In this document: positions 12,791-26,315 of the stretch, piece by piece
Layout: every line of letters starts with the position of its first letter
Position numbering within the stretch: the stretch's first letter is position 1
Origin: Octopus vulgaris
Taxonomy: Eukaryota
Direction of reading: 5' to 3'
Assembly: GCA_951406725.2 (NCBI GenBank)
Contig: OX597819.1
Location: 70,122,001-70,186,000 of the forward strand
DNA length: 64,000 bases
Notes under the pieces: generated by a model
Database searches by the model: none
Told to the model about the DNA's origin: nothing
Seen by the model: only the letters and a program-made list of their open reading frames with translations
Translations under genes and position numbers: made by a program

Positions 12791-13880
12791 ACAGTTTCTT
12801 CCTGTTTCCGCCTACCAAATCCATCACAAGGCTTTGGTCAGCCTGAAGCTATAGTAGAAGACATTTACCTAAGGTGCCATGCAATGGGACTGAACCTGCA
12901 AGTATGTGGTTGGGAAATAAACTTCTTACCACACTGCTACAACTGCACCCTCTACTTTATATCACCATTACTATTCTGCTACCCTTTGCCCTACCATGCA
13001 TCATTGGTAACCAACACCACCCCTTACCCATCATTCACTAAGTCCACCCCTCAATCCTACCCATTACCCAATCTTTACAGTTGTCACCTACACTTCCCTA
13101 CCTCCTCTACTTACCATCCCTCAACACTTTTTCATTCACTCCATCACTATTTCCCCATCTCTCACTCTCCCTTACACTCATGCACCCCTGCCCACCCATA
13201 CTCCTGGTTCTATCCCCACTCACTTTTACTCCCCTCATACAATGAGGGTCCACACAGATGCCCCATCACCAGCACTTTCATCTGTGCCCTGTGAATAGCG
13301 AAGTGGCACAACTACAACAAGAAGCACATCCTACTCAGACCCCTTCTTTCATACACTAACACCTCATCTCTCAACATAAAGCTACCTTCTGCAGGGTCCA
13401 TAGTATTCTAAGCAGCATGGTGACCCTACTAGTGTTGATAGTGGAGGCACATGGCTTAGTGGTTAGGGTACTGGACTCATGATTGCAAAATTGTGGTTTC
13501 AATTCCTAGACTGGGCAACACAGGGTGTTCTTGAGCAAAACACTTTATTTCATGTTGCTCCCGTCAACTCAATGGGTAAAAGTAAGTAACCCTGCAACAG
13601 ACCAGTGTCCCATCCAGGGAGGGAATTTATACGCCACAGAAACTGGGAAACTGGCCCTTATGCATCTGCATGACTCGAGAAGGTGACCTTAACCCTTACC
13701 AGTGTTGGTTCTATGAAAAAAAACATCAAGTATACAGCATAAATTAGTCAGTGTTAGGAAGCACATCCAGCTGTAGAGGCCCTGCCAAAGCAGAAAACTG
13801 AAGCATGATACAGTCCCTTGGATCCACTGGATCCTGTTAAACCCTCCAACCTATGTCAGCATGGAACATGGACATTGAAT

Positions 13881-14190
13881 CATGATGACAACGATGATGA
13901 TGGTGATAGTGATGATGATGATTGTAATGACGATGATGATGATGACGATGGTGATGATGATGATTGTGATGACGATGATGGTGACAATGATGATGACGAT
14001 TGTGATGACAATGATGATGACGATTGTGATGATGATGATGATGATTGCGATGATGATGATGATGATGATTGTGATGATGATGACGATTGTGATGATGATG
14101 ATGACAATGGTGATGGTGATGATGATGATGATGATGACAATGGTGATTGTGATGATGACAATTATGATGAAAATGATGATGATGATTGTT
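13881..14190. repeat. (GAT)n-derived low-complexity tract
   Basis: Expanded tail of an RTE-tail element; gives spurious poly-D/M/S ORFs. Confidence 0.95.
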
Positions 14191-15844
14191 GAATAACTAA
14201 ATCTTTTAACCTCTTGATTAATATCATTGATGTACTGCTGCTGTTGCTAATGGTGACAGTGATGGAAGATAAAGTGGTGGTGGTGCTGCTGCTGTTGCTG
14301 CAGCAGATTAGTAATTAAGTAGGAGAGCATGAGCATTCCAGCACCATTTTAATTTTAATAACCTTGCCCCACCCACACTCATACACATACCTATACACCG
14401 CTTCATGTCCGCAATGTTGTTGCTTTCAGAGAACATGATGATGATGATGACAATAATGATTGTGATAGGGATGATGATGATTGTAATGGTGACGACGATG
14501 TCAACAATGATGATGATGATGGAGTGATGACAAGGATGGCAAAGGTTATGGGAATGATGGTGGTGACTGTGATGAGGATGAGAATGATGAATAGAGTGAT
14601 AACGATGCTGCAGCTGATGATGATGATGATGGCAAAAAAGATCATGAGGAGGAAAAAGAGGAAAGATGATTATGATGACAATGACGGCGATGGTAAATAA
14701 TGACGGTAGTGATGATGATGGTGATCATGCTAATGATGATAATGATGAAGATAGAGGTAGCTGTGGTGGATGCGATCACTACTACCGCCACCACCACTCT
14801 TCGTCCTCCTCCTCCTCATCATCATGCGCTATTTATCTTCTCTTTCTATTGAATAAGCTTGCATAAAGGGATTAATATAATTCTTTTCTTTGTAAATCTG
14901 GACAACCACATTCCACTGGAATATTTTTTTTTGTATTTTTCTTAATTATCTTACTCTTTATTTTATTTATATCTTTTTGTTTCTTATTTACAAACCCTAT
15001 CTATTGTTAATTAATTAATTAATTAATTGACACTAAATACCTTCAAAAATTTACATCTCTTTACGACTTTTTCTGAGTCAAATTCTGTTGTAATTAATTT
15101 TGATTTTAATCCCCAATAATGATTATTAAAATGTATACTAAGCTTTTAGTGGAGGGGGGGGTCACTTATCAATTACAGGCCCCCACATAATTTGTGGACT
15201 TATACCTGTGCTAGAAATTATTATTTTTATTATTATTACTGCTATGACTATTATTATTATTGTGCCTGTAGTAAAAAGGATTATTATTATTATTATCATT
15301 ATTACTTTGGGGGTCGATAAAATATACAAGTTGAACTGGGTGGGGGGGGGCGCACCGTAATCTCCCCCACAAAACTACTGTCCTTGTGACAAAATTTGAA
15401 ACCATTATTATTATTATTATTATTAGTACTAGTAGTAGTAGTAGTAACAGCAGCAACAACAGGAGTAGTAGTAGTAGTAATAGTAAGGCAACAAACTGGC
15501 AGAATCGTTAGCATGCTGGACAAAATGCTTAGCAGTATTTCGTCTACTGCTTCGTTCTAAGTTCAAATTCCACCGAGGTTGACTTAGCCTTTCATCCTTT
15601 TGGGGTCAATAAATTAAGTACCAGTAAAACACTGGGGTCAATGTAATCAAGTCATCTTCTCCCTGCAAAATTTCAAACTTTGTGCCATTAGTAGAAAGGA
15701 TTATTATTATTATTATTTAAGGTGGCAAGCTGGCCAAAACGTTATCCTACCGGGCGAAATACCTAGCATTATTTTCTCTGTCTTTACATTCTAAGTTCAA
15801 ATTCTGCCTAGGTCGACTTTGCTTTTTATCCTCTCGGAGAAGGA

Positions 15845-16132
15845 ATGGTGGTGGTGGTGGTGGTGTCGGTGGTGGTGGTGTCGGTGGTGGTGGTGTCGGT
15901 GGTGGTGGTGTCGGTGGTGGTGGTGTCGGTGGTAGGAGGAGGAGGAGGAGAAGGAGGAGGTGAAGCAAGAGGAATGGTGGTGGTGGTAGTAGCAGGAGCA
16001 GGAATGGTTGTGGTTGTAGTAGGAGGAGGAGGAGCAGGAATGGTTGTGGTTGTAGTAGTAGTAGTGGTGGTAGTAGTAGTAGTAGTGGTAGTAGTAGGAG
16101 GAGGAGGAATGGTGGTGATGGTGGTAGTAGTG

Positions 16133-16166
<34 letters not shown>

Positions 16167-16180
16167 TAGTAGTAGTAGTG
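15845..16180. repeat. (GGT/AGT/GGA)n trinucleotide tract
   Basis: Direct inspection. Confidence 0.95.
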
Positions 16181-18399
16181 TTATGCAAAAGCGAGACAGA
16201 AATCAATATAACATCTCCAGCAACCATCTCAACCCGTCTGATCTAAACCAGATCAAGGACTGGATTACAAAATATTAGCAAAATCACTTTACATAACAAC
16301 ATTTCTTTTTCTTCTTTCCTTGAGGAAGAGATCTAAATAACTAACGGGAAATTTTGACAATGACGAATTAAATTTCCTTCACAAAAACCCACGACTTTCA
16401 TGTATTTTCCTCTTCTGTTTTTCACACCAACTATTTCTATCAGACAAATAATTGTCCTTTTTTTCTGTATGTACATGTTATAGGCACAGATGTTAGCCTG
16501 CTTGCCCAGCCAGTGGGGTGGTATCATTCAAAAAGTAAAGCACAGCAAAGCGCATTGTGACCAGTGATGTTTAACTTCATCTGAGGGTCTGGTTGATCAT
16601 GTAATATATATAACTATATATATGAAGCTTGCTTTCCAACCACATGGTTATTTGTTTAATCCCACTTCACGGCACCTAGAGCCTTGTGAATGGGGAAATA
16701 TTATCTTATGGGAAACAGATGACTGTTGGTGACAGGAAAGGCATGCAGCTGTAGAAAATCAGTCTCCATGAAGTACACCTGACTCATGCAAGCATGGGAA
16801 ACTGGACATTAAATCATGGCTTGAGAAGACACGTCAAGTCGTGTGAAATCATAGTCGTGGCTGATGCTGGTGTCACATAATTGGCACCTGTGCCAGTGGC
16901 ATATAAAAAGCCCCTTTTGCATGGTGGGCCTCACAGAAGCAAAGTGGCTGATGCCAGTGGCACATGAAAAGCTCCTTTCAAGTGTTGGACCTCACAGAGA
17001 CAATGACTGAGACCTTGGCATTATGTCATGCTTGAAAAGAAAGCCCATCATGCCGAACAAAATTGCAGTTGTGGCAGATATTGGTGTCATGCAAATTGGC
17101 ACCCGTGCCAGTGGCACATAAAAGTCTCGGAGTGGTTGGTGTTAGGAAGAGTATCCAGCCGTAGAAACTATGGCAAATAAGACTGGAGTCTGGTGCAGCC
17201 TTCCAACTTGCTAGCCCAGGTCAAACTGTCCAACCTATACCAGCATGGTCAACAGACACTAATTGATGATGGTGTGTGTGTGTGTGTGTGCATATATATA
17301 TACATATAAATAGTTATATGTGTTACATGATCAACCAGACTCTCAGATGAAGTTAAATATCACTGGTCACAGTGCACTTTGCTTTGCTTTACTTTTTGAA
17401 TGATGCCACCCCACTGACTGGGCAAGCGGGGTAACATGTCCCCTGCTCAAAAAGCCAGACCCTCGCAGGGTCATGCATTTGCAGCTGTTTTGCCCAAGAA
17501 CACAACAAGCAGCAGGTCTGGGAATCAAAGACACAAAAAGTGCAACCACTAAGGCTTCTTCAAGTTTCCATCAGTTTCACTCCAAAGGGATATTGGTCAG
17601 CCAGTAACTATGATAGAGGACATCAACTGATAGTGCCACACTACAGGAATGAACCCTCAACCATATGGTTATAAAGTAAACTTCTTAACCACAGTCACAC
17701 CTGTGCTGCTAAGAAATCTAAAAGAAATATGTTATACAGGCTGTGCTTGAGGAGACCTATTGAATCAAGTACATCAATATCAAAATAAAAATCAAATGGA
17801 CATTGTAGTTGTGATACCCGTGCTGGTAGCACGTTAGGCCTCACAGAGGCAATGATGAAAGACTGAGACTTCTGAGATATGCTGTGACTGCCAAGACCAG
17901 ACAAATTAAGTGAGTTCATGGTTCGCAGGACGGCCTGCTGTGTTAACCTTGGGTCATAGGGTGACCCGCTGTGCTTGAGGAGGCCTATTGAGTCAAGTAC
18001 ATCAACATCAAAATAAATATCAAATGGAAATTGTATCTGTGATACCTGTGCCGGAGGCATATATAAAAGCACCATCTGGATGTGACTGATGCCAGTGCTG
18101 CCTGACTGGCGTCCGTGTCGGTGACATGTAAAAGCACCAACCGATCGTAGCCATTTGCCAGCCTGCTCTGGCCCCTGTGCCAGTGGCACGTAAAAAACAC
18201 CCACTACATTCACGGAGTGGTTGGCATTAGGAAGAGCATCCAGCTGTAGAAACACTGTCAAATCAGACTAGAGCCTGGCACAGCCTCCTTGCTTCCCAGA
18301 CCATGGTCAAACCGTCCAACCCATGCTAGTATGGAAAACGGAGGATTAAACGATGATAATGATGTTTACATTGGTGGGATGGCTTCTGTTTTAGAGCCT

Positions 18400-18680
18400 C
18401 TCCAATGGCAATTTGGTGTGTTCTGCTCCCAGCCCAGGCCTTGCTGCTCATCAGGCTGAGAAGAGCAAACTGTCAAAGTATCGGCTGGTCTCTGATAGGT
18501 TTGTGGTAAAGCCTGTGGCAGTGGAAACCTCTGGTGCTCTTGGATCCTGCACCACATTCCTGCTCACCACTATCAGGGTAGAGATGGCTATCAGCAAGTG
18601 TAAGCCCTGTGATTCAGATTGGCTGTTCCAGAGCATCTCCCTTACCATCCTCCAGGGCAACACCTTGTAGCACAAGTGAT
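18400..18680 (+). mobile_element. CRE-like non-LTR retrotransposon RLE endonuclease C-terminal fragment
   Basis: AAHQAEKSKLSKY...PVAVETSGALG...WLFQSISLTILQGN fits the CRE-clade pattern AxxAExxKxxKY/PxAxETxG/QRxSxxxQRGN. Confidence 0.75.
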
Positions 18681-19988
18681 TTACACTGTCATCATGTGAG
18701 ATGTTTTCAATTTGACTCATCTAGGCTTAAATACTCATAAAACAACTCCACAAGCTCTTTTCATTCCAGCGGTCACATGACCTGGTGATTAAATGGACCT
18801 GTTGTTTGTATTGGTCAGCTTCCAGCTGTCCAATCGCATTGGTACAACAGTTTATTTTTCCTTATGCAGGAAATTAATCACCAGCTCTGGGAGCCTCCTA
18901 CTCCCTATAAGTATGGCCATTCTTGACTGTTCTAGGTCCCTGGCACTCGCCACTGACCACACACACAATGATGGCCTGACACCAACCAGTCTCTGCTCTC
19001 ATCATCTCCACCAGATGCCTGTCTACATCATTGCTGTATGAAGACAACATGACCAACAGACCGAACACCTGCCTGCACACACCACCAACAGTTGTGGCAC
19101 TCTGTCGGTTATGATGATGAGGGTTCCAGATGATCCAAGCAACAGAACAGCTTGCTCGTGAAATTAACGTGCAAGTGGCTGAGCACTCCACAGACATGTG
19201 TACCCTTAACGTAGTTCTCGGGGGAGATTCAGCGTGACACAGAGTGTGACAAAGCTGGTTCCTTTGAAATACAGGTACAACAGAAACAAGAAGAAAAAGT
19301 GAGAGGAAGTTGTGGTGAAAGAGTACAGCAGGGTTCGCCACCACCCCCTGCCAGAGCCTCGTGGAGCTTTAGGTGTTTTTGCTCAATAAACACTCACAAC
19401 ACCCAGTCTTAGAATCGAAACCACGAACCTATGACCGCAAGTCTGATGCCCTATTCACTGGGCCATTTGCCTTCCACACCACCAACAGTACGTCAACTAT
19501 GTCTACAACATCAACAGTCCAACCTAACTGCAAAGTTCTCTCACACATCTGTGTTGTAACATGTCATGTTATTTTATTTCATGTATGGCAATCATTGTAT
19601 TTTATAACAGAAAATAAAACATACTTACCAGTTTCAGTCTCAAGTTGTGTATATTTCATTTATACATTCTCCTTCATTTGTTATAACCTTTCCATTTTGT
19701 CCATTGAGACCATGAGGTGAACTGACAAGTCTTTTTTAGACATTGCTTCTTATTTGTTATTTAATTTCCTAATCCTGTGATCGACCTGACTATTAGTTGT
19801 TATACATCATTAGTCACAATGTGCTTTGCATTGTTTAAGCTTTTTGAAAGATACCATCCCACTGGCTAAGGCAAGCAGGCTAACATTTCAGTAGTTCTCC
19901 ATCTCCCAGCTGAGGGCTTTTTGTCTTGGTGCCACATACAAAGCACCAGTACTAATGCCACATATAGAGCATCCAGTGCATTCTTTAA

Positions 19989-20194
19989 CCCTTCTGTTGA
20001 GATGCTCTGTGTTTCTTTCAATTAATTTTTAATATAACAAAAAATTTAGTAAAATGATTCAAGTTATCATTCAGCTGGTGTTAGGAACATAAATTGCGAC
20101 TAAGGTTTAGTGGAAGATTTTAATTCAGAACTTTTGTAAACAAGACATTTATACTCAACTAGAGGTGGTTCTAACCGGGTTGGTATCAAATGGG
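19989..20194. mobile_element. piggyBac-like MITE
   Basis: TTAA-CCCT...TGGG-TTAA; related decayed tandem copies at about 27200-27862 and 50880-51100. Confidence 0.6.
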
Positions 20195-20319
20195 TTAAAG
20201 TAAAACAGTAACAGCTAAGGAAACTATTATATCTTGCTTACTTTTATGTTGTGGAACCAAATACATTCATTTTGAATTTAAAAAAGGAAAAGAGAGAGAG
20301 AAGTGAAAATCTAACTGAC

Positions 20320-20443
20320 CAGAATCACTCTCACTGTCTGTTCGTTTCCTTGCACGTGAAGGCCTCTGGCGTCGAGCCAGGGAACTCTTCCTGCGGAGTA
20401 GAAGCTTATGTCGGGCGGTTTCATTGGTCAATGTTCGGGTGAC
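20320..20443 (-). CDS. Internal coding exon VTRTLTNETARHKLLLRRKSSLARRQRPSRARKRTDSESDS
   Basis: Acceptor taatttttcag, donor TCTG|gtcagt; 124 nt (phase 0 in, phase 1 out); CpG-retaining unique sequence in AT-rich surroundings; trailing G + AC of next exon gives Asp. Confidence 0.8.
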
Positions 20444-20950
20444 CTGAAAAATTAATATGGATGTCAATAATGAATGAAAGAGATTGAAAGAAAAAAAACG
20501 TTAACAAGTAGATTAATTAATTAATCAATTATCTTTTCTTTTACCTGTTTCAAACACAGGACTGTGGCCTTGTTGGGGCAACTAACTTATGGGGCTTAGT
20601 GAAGCAAATCACCCACAATACTCATTTTTTAAGCCTTGTACTTATTCTATGCTGAAGTGAGGTTTTAATTATTAATATTTGGGAAGTTCTTTCCGAATCC
20701 ATAGGGGAGAGAAGTTCAATTTAGTGGTACTAAAATGAATTACTCACTGTATTATATACATATAAATAGATAGGTTTAAGAGACAGAATCACCCTCAAGC
20801 AACTCAATGATCATTGAATGACATTATCCACAATATGTATACATAGGACTAAATATTAAAATCATCAAAATTAATACCTACAATTCTTATTCCAAATTAT
20901 CAAAATTAATACCTTCAAATCTTATCACAAATCATATACTTTACATTATC

Positions 20951-21040
20951 TAGACTACGCGTGTTTCTTGATATTGCTGAAATAGAATGTCTCTATACAA
21001 TACCATATTAAAACAAATGTATTGCCAATCATCAGGTCTA
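20951..21040 (-). ncRNA. Type I hammerhead ribozyme with long loop 2
   Basis: Minus strand: TAGAC CTGATGA TTGG...TCAA GAAAC ACGC GTA GTCTA; perfect 5-bp stem I, intact core boxes, GUA site. Confidence 0.8.
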
Positions 21041-21339
21041 TCTTATATGAACTTATTTTGCTATTTACATCGTATATTAAGACATGACAAACTAAAATTA
21101 TATAACTAGAAGTTGTTAGAATAATTTTTCTTTAGTAAATAATGAACAGCTTAAGGAATTTTCGCACCCAACATCACAAAATGTGTCTGAATAAACATTG
21201 TCAGACAGCAAATAGAGACTCAGACATTACTTAGAAAATAGTTTTCATTTTTAACCTCGTATAAAGTACACACTAGGGATTTTGACCTTTAAATTTGGGG
21301 AACAAAATGCGGATTATACTCAAGGATTTACGGTATATA

Positions 21340-22607
21340 TTAGGTTGTCAAAAAAGTTCTTGCGGAATTTTTAATTTTGGTCTTAAATGATGTATTTTCA
21401 AATTAATTTTTGTTAAATTACTTTGACTTAATATCATTTTAAAGCCTATTTTTCACTCTATCTAATCCTATTACTCTTTTTCATTTTGAATAATTAGTCC
21501 ATTTTTTCTGAAACATTGAATACATGTACAAAAAGCAAATTTGCACAATTTTCTTATTCCAGTTCAAGCTAGGCCAAAAAGCTGCTGTAACAGCTCACAA
21601 TATCAATGATATGCTTGGTCCAGGAACCACTAATGAACGTACAGCACAATCGTGGTTCAAGAAATTTCGTAGCGGTGACGAGAGTCTTGAAGATGATAAG
21701 CATAGTGGTCGGCCACCGGATGTTGGCAACAATCAACTAAGAGCCTTAGTGGAAGCCAAACCACGCACAACTGTTAGAGAGCTTTCTTCTGAATTAGACA
21801 TAATGTATACGACAATTTCCAACCACTTGAGAGATTGGAAAAACTTGAGAAATGGATGTCGCACGAATTGAACGACAATCAAAAACAACGCTGTTTTGAA
21901 ATGTTGTCTTCCCTTCTTTTATGCAACAAGAACAACCCATTTCTCAACCGGATTGTGACTTGCGATGAAAAGTGGATTCTTTACAACAACCGGCAATGCT
22001 CAGCTCAGTGGTTGGATGCCAACGAAGCTCCATGGCACTTCCCGAAGCCAAAGTTGCTCCAAATGAAGGTCATGGTGACTGATTGGTGGTCTGCGGCTGG
22101 TCTCATCCATCACAGCTTTTTGGATCCAGGCGAAACTATTATGGCGGAGAAGTAATGTCAGCAAATGGATGAAATGCATAAGAAACTCCGACAACAGCCA
22201 GCATTGGTCAATAGAAAAGGATCAATTCTTCTCCACAACAACGCTCGGCCGCACATCACACAACTGATCCTGTAGAAGTTGAACAGATTGGGCTATGAAA
22301 CTCTGCCTCATCCACCATACTCACCAGATCTCTCGCCTACCGACTGCCACTTTTTCAAGCATCTTGACAACTTCCTGTGTGAGAAATGCTTAAAAAACCA
22401 AGACGATGCGAAACACGCCTTCAACGACTTCATCGCCGCCAGAACGTAGGATATTTATGCTACTGGCATAAATAAATTTGTTTCATGTTAGCAAAATTGT
22501 GTTGATTCTGATGGTATTTATTTCAATTAATAAGGTTTTGTTTGAGCATTTAGATATGTGCATCTAAATTTAAAGGTTAAAACCACAAGAACTTTCTTGA
22601 CAACCTA

Positions 22608-22608
<1 letters not shown>
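21340..22608 (+). mobile_element. Full-length decayed mariner (DD34D) transposon
   Basis: TIRs TTAGGTTGTCAAAAAAGTTCTTGCGG / CCACAAGAACTTTCTTGACAACCTAA, TA flanks, 1269 bp; SGRP, WMSHEL, IVTCDEKW, YSPDLSPTD. Confidence 0.95.
21524..22530 (+). pseudogene. mariner transposase pseudogene
   Basis: Frameshift near 21835 and several premature stops. Confidence 0.9.
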
Positions 22609-22642
<34 letters not shown>

Positions 22643-23034
22643 TACATACATACAGACATATACATATACACATACATATATATATAAGTACACGAAAATG
22701 CCTACAGTGAGAAAGGAGGAAGGGAATGATGGACAAGGAGAGAGTGTGAAAATGAAAGAGAGAGTGAGTGACTCATATATAGATATACACACACACACAC
22801 ATGCGTGCATCCATACAAGCGGCAGAGCTACAAAAGAATTTTTTTCTTTCTTTCTGTCTTTTCAAGCCTCATTAAATCGCAGAAATACCAGATAATAATA
22901 GCAAAACAGATAATTAAATTAGTTTCCCTTTCTGATCCAAATTGTGTTGAAATATCTCAAGGGAGACCAAACTCATAACAAGTGACAGTCACCATCCGAA
23001 TGTGTCTATTATATAGTCATCGGTATCAGTGAGA

Positions 23035-23520
23035 AAGTGTGTGTGGGGGGAGTGTGGGGATGTATATGTGTATGTGTGAGGGTGAAATAGTTTGTGTGTG
23101 TTGGTGGGTGTATATGTGGAGGTGTATATGTGTACGTGTGAAATAATTTGTGTGTGTTGGTGGGTGTATATGTGGGGGGGTATATGTGTATGTGTGAGGG
23201 TGAAATAATTTGTGTGTGTGTTAGTGTATGTGGAGGGGTTTGTGTGTGAGTGCAAAATAATTTGTGTGTGTGTATGTGTGTGTGTGTGTGTGTGTGTTGG
23301 TGGGTGTATATGTGGGGGATGTATATGTGTATGTATGAGGGTGAAATAATTTGTATGTGTGTATATATGTGGGGGGTATATATGCGTAAGTGTGAGTGTG
23401 AAATAATTTGTGTATGTGTATTGGTGTGTGCATGTGTGTATATGTGGGGGTGTATATGTGTATGTGTGAGGGTAAAATAATTTGTGTGTGTGTGTATGTG
23501 TGTGTGTTGGTGTGTCTGTA
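23035..23520. repeat. ~60-bp GT-rich minisatellite with GTGAAATAATTTG core
   Basis: Core recurs about 8 times. Confidence 0.8.
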
Positions 23521-23524
23521 AGTC

Positions 23525-23563
<39 letters not shown>

Positions 23564-23802
23564 ATATGCAACATTATAATCATTGTTGTTGCTTTATATA
23601 TATTCATCATATTTGGGGTACTTATTACATCAGTAATTAGTCATTTCATGATTGGGTGGATTTCAAGCATGCAAAATTTTTCTTTCTTTTTTTTTTTTAT
23701 AATGAAACATGTAGCCGTGTGCATATGTATGTGTGTACATGTGTGAGTGTGTGTCTTTACAAACCAGGAAGACCTCAATATCATTGGTAATAGAGGTCTA
23801 TA

Positions 23803-25106
23803 TAGTGTGTTCAGGTTAAATTTGATGGGGGTTTTTTTTTAACGTCTTCTTTTTAACAGGAACAGCTTGATGTATTGGTGAACAGTCAACAGTGGCGGAA
23901 AGAATAAAAATTATTAAAGTTGTAGTTATTTGACATGGAGGAGTAGAAGCCATCCGAATATTGGAAAATAGTTAACTGTATCATGTTGATTTATGCCAGG
24001 TATCAAAATGCTGACATCATGCCTGCTGTTCAATGCTCTGTGAATATTGTAAAGGTTGTAGGACACCACAGGGACAACTGCAGTAGATATTACGAAGGTG
24101 TGCCCAGCAGAAAGGAACATGGCAACCATTCTGAATGTGTCCACATGCCAGAGTCCATCCAATAACTGTAGGACAAGGTGATGGAAGATCCGAGCAAGTG
24201 AATCCAGGTTTTGGTGAGAGAGATGGGTGTTGGGGTCACCATCATGAAGATGGCCGTGAATGACGACCTACACTACCACTCATACAAGAGATACAAGGGA
24301 CAAATTCTGAGAGCCAACAACAAATAGAACCATCTGACGAAGACAAAGGAGCTCCTGAACCAGCTGAGGGACATTGTTGAGCCAAGGACGATCTGGTTCT
24401 TCTGAGATGAAAAGAATTTCTGCCAGGACGAATTGCAGAACACCCAAAACGACAGGTGGCTTGCCTATAATCCATGTGATATCCCATCTATCATGAAAAC
24501 CAAGTTCCTTGAAACTGTGATGGTTTTTTAGTGTGTCTCCAATGAAGGTGACATCATACTGCCTGACGTCCTTGAATAGGGCCTTAGGCTCAATTCAGAC
24601 AGTTATGTGAAACTGCTGGAGAAATTGCTGTCAATCCCTGGAGAAGGTTGCTGCTGGAAGTCCATATGTGTGACAGCAGGATTCGACTCCTTACCTAACC
24701 TCTGGAAACAGTCAGAAGTGTTTGTCAGAGAATATCTACAACTCCACCAATCCCAATTTTTGGCCTCCTGGTTCCCCTGATTGTAATTCCTTAGATTACT
24801 GTGGTGGGGAGGGGGGCACATTTGAGAGAGACACCAACCACGCTGCTTGCAACACCAAGACCAAGATCAAGGAGGTGTTCAAAGATCTTCCCAAAGACCG
24901 AGTGAAGAACACATGTGCCAGGTTCCAGAGTTGTTTTGAAGTGATGATGGAAGATGAGGGTGGCTATTTTGAGTAAACAGTTTATCTCCCAGTCGTGGTC
25001 CAGTTGATACCTTTTGATTTTTAAAATATACTTTAATGTTTGGATGGGATACAGCATTTTTTCTTTTCTTTTTATGCAAACTGTCAAACATAACCCAAAC
25101 ACCCTA
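23803..25106 (+). mobile_element. Decayed maT/DD37D-like Tc1/mariner transposon
   Basis: TIRs TAGTGTGTTCAGGTTAAATTTGA / TCAAACATAACCCAAACACCCTA, TA flanks; DEKNF and FWPPGSPDCNSLDY motifs; subfamily call is inference. Confidence 0.85.
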
Positions 25107-25488
25107 TATTTACTGACATAAAGATAGTGAACTCACAGAATCAGTAGAGCATTGGAAAATTGCTTTGTGCTTTTGTTTTCCAGCTCTTTATATTTCACTG
25201 AGGTTCATTCTGCTTTTCATCCTTTCAGGGTCAATGAAATATAGGTAATGTTCTGTTATCTCTAGCACTCACATGTACGTAAAACTACTTGATCCCTAGA
25301 TGGATGTCTACCAATGACTATCGCAAGTCGCAATAATAGCCATAAGACAGTAGGAGCTAAATTTGAAATTTTACATCTCCCAAATGGTGATTCTAACTAA
25401 AACTAGGGGGTCCATCTCCCCTGGTGTCACATTATATACTCAGTCACTAACTCAGGTTTTACTATGTCCCAATATTGTTTATCTGGGA

Positions 25489-25805
25489 CAGTGGTTCTCA
25501 ACCATTTTTTGTCTATGGACCCGTTGATTACCATTATACTCAGATGGACCCCCATACCCATTCAGTTTTATAGATATTTCTTTCAAAATTCCTATTTTGT
25601 ACACACATTCAGTTGTGTAGGGTGAACTGGGTAAAATGTTAGAGAAGAAACCTGGCTGTTTCTTACAATAAATACATTTAAAGGAAAATTCTTCATGGAC
25701 CCTTAAAATGATACTGTGGACCTATTTACTATTTTGTTTATGTTGACCCCCAAAAATCTTATAAAGACCCCCAGGAGTCACGTGGACCCTGGTTGAAAAC
25801 CACTG
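25489..25805. mobile_element. hAT MITE
   Basis: TIR CAGTGGTTCTCAACC / GGTTGAAAACCACTG; degenerate TSD ATCTGGGA/ATCTATAA. Confidence 0.8.
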
Positions 25806-26216
25806 ATCTATAACAACATTATCCAGTAGGCTGTTCCTCTTTTTAAATTGTGATTCAAATGTGATTTGGCTACTATTTTAAATACATAGCATGACCTCAT
25901 GCAGTCTCTGTTCTTGGTTCAGGATAGATATTACATAATATCAAGGGTGGTGGATGGCACCCTTTGGTCAACTGGGAGCCATAGTAAAAACGACATGTTC
26001 TCATGGTGCCACACAGTGGGATTGAACACGCAACCATATGATTGGGAAGTAAGCTTCCTAACCACATACACTCGTACGTGTAAAAATCATACAGGAGTTT
26101 CATAAACTTTACAAATATGATGACCATCCATAAACGTAAGTATAGTTCTAAGAAAACAAATACCACAGATCAAATCTATAGACCAAATAACATAGACTGC
26201 AAAAGCGGTAACTTAC

Positions 26217-26264
26217 TTTGATCGCAGAAAGGTCAGATTCTGACATCGCTTTCTCATTTGGCAC
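26217..26264 (-). CDS. Internal coding exon VPNEKAMSESDLSAIK
   Basis: Acceptor ttatttatttcag, donor AAA|gtaagt; 48 nt, phase 0/0, joins in frame to 20443. Confidence 0.75.
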
Positions 26265-26315
26265 CTGAAATAAATAAATAAATAAATCATAATTATTGGT
26301 GACAGAAGTGACATT

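Noticed and set aside
13818-14196. Poly-Asp/poly-Met ORFs
   Set aside because: Expanded (GAT)n retroelement tail
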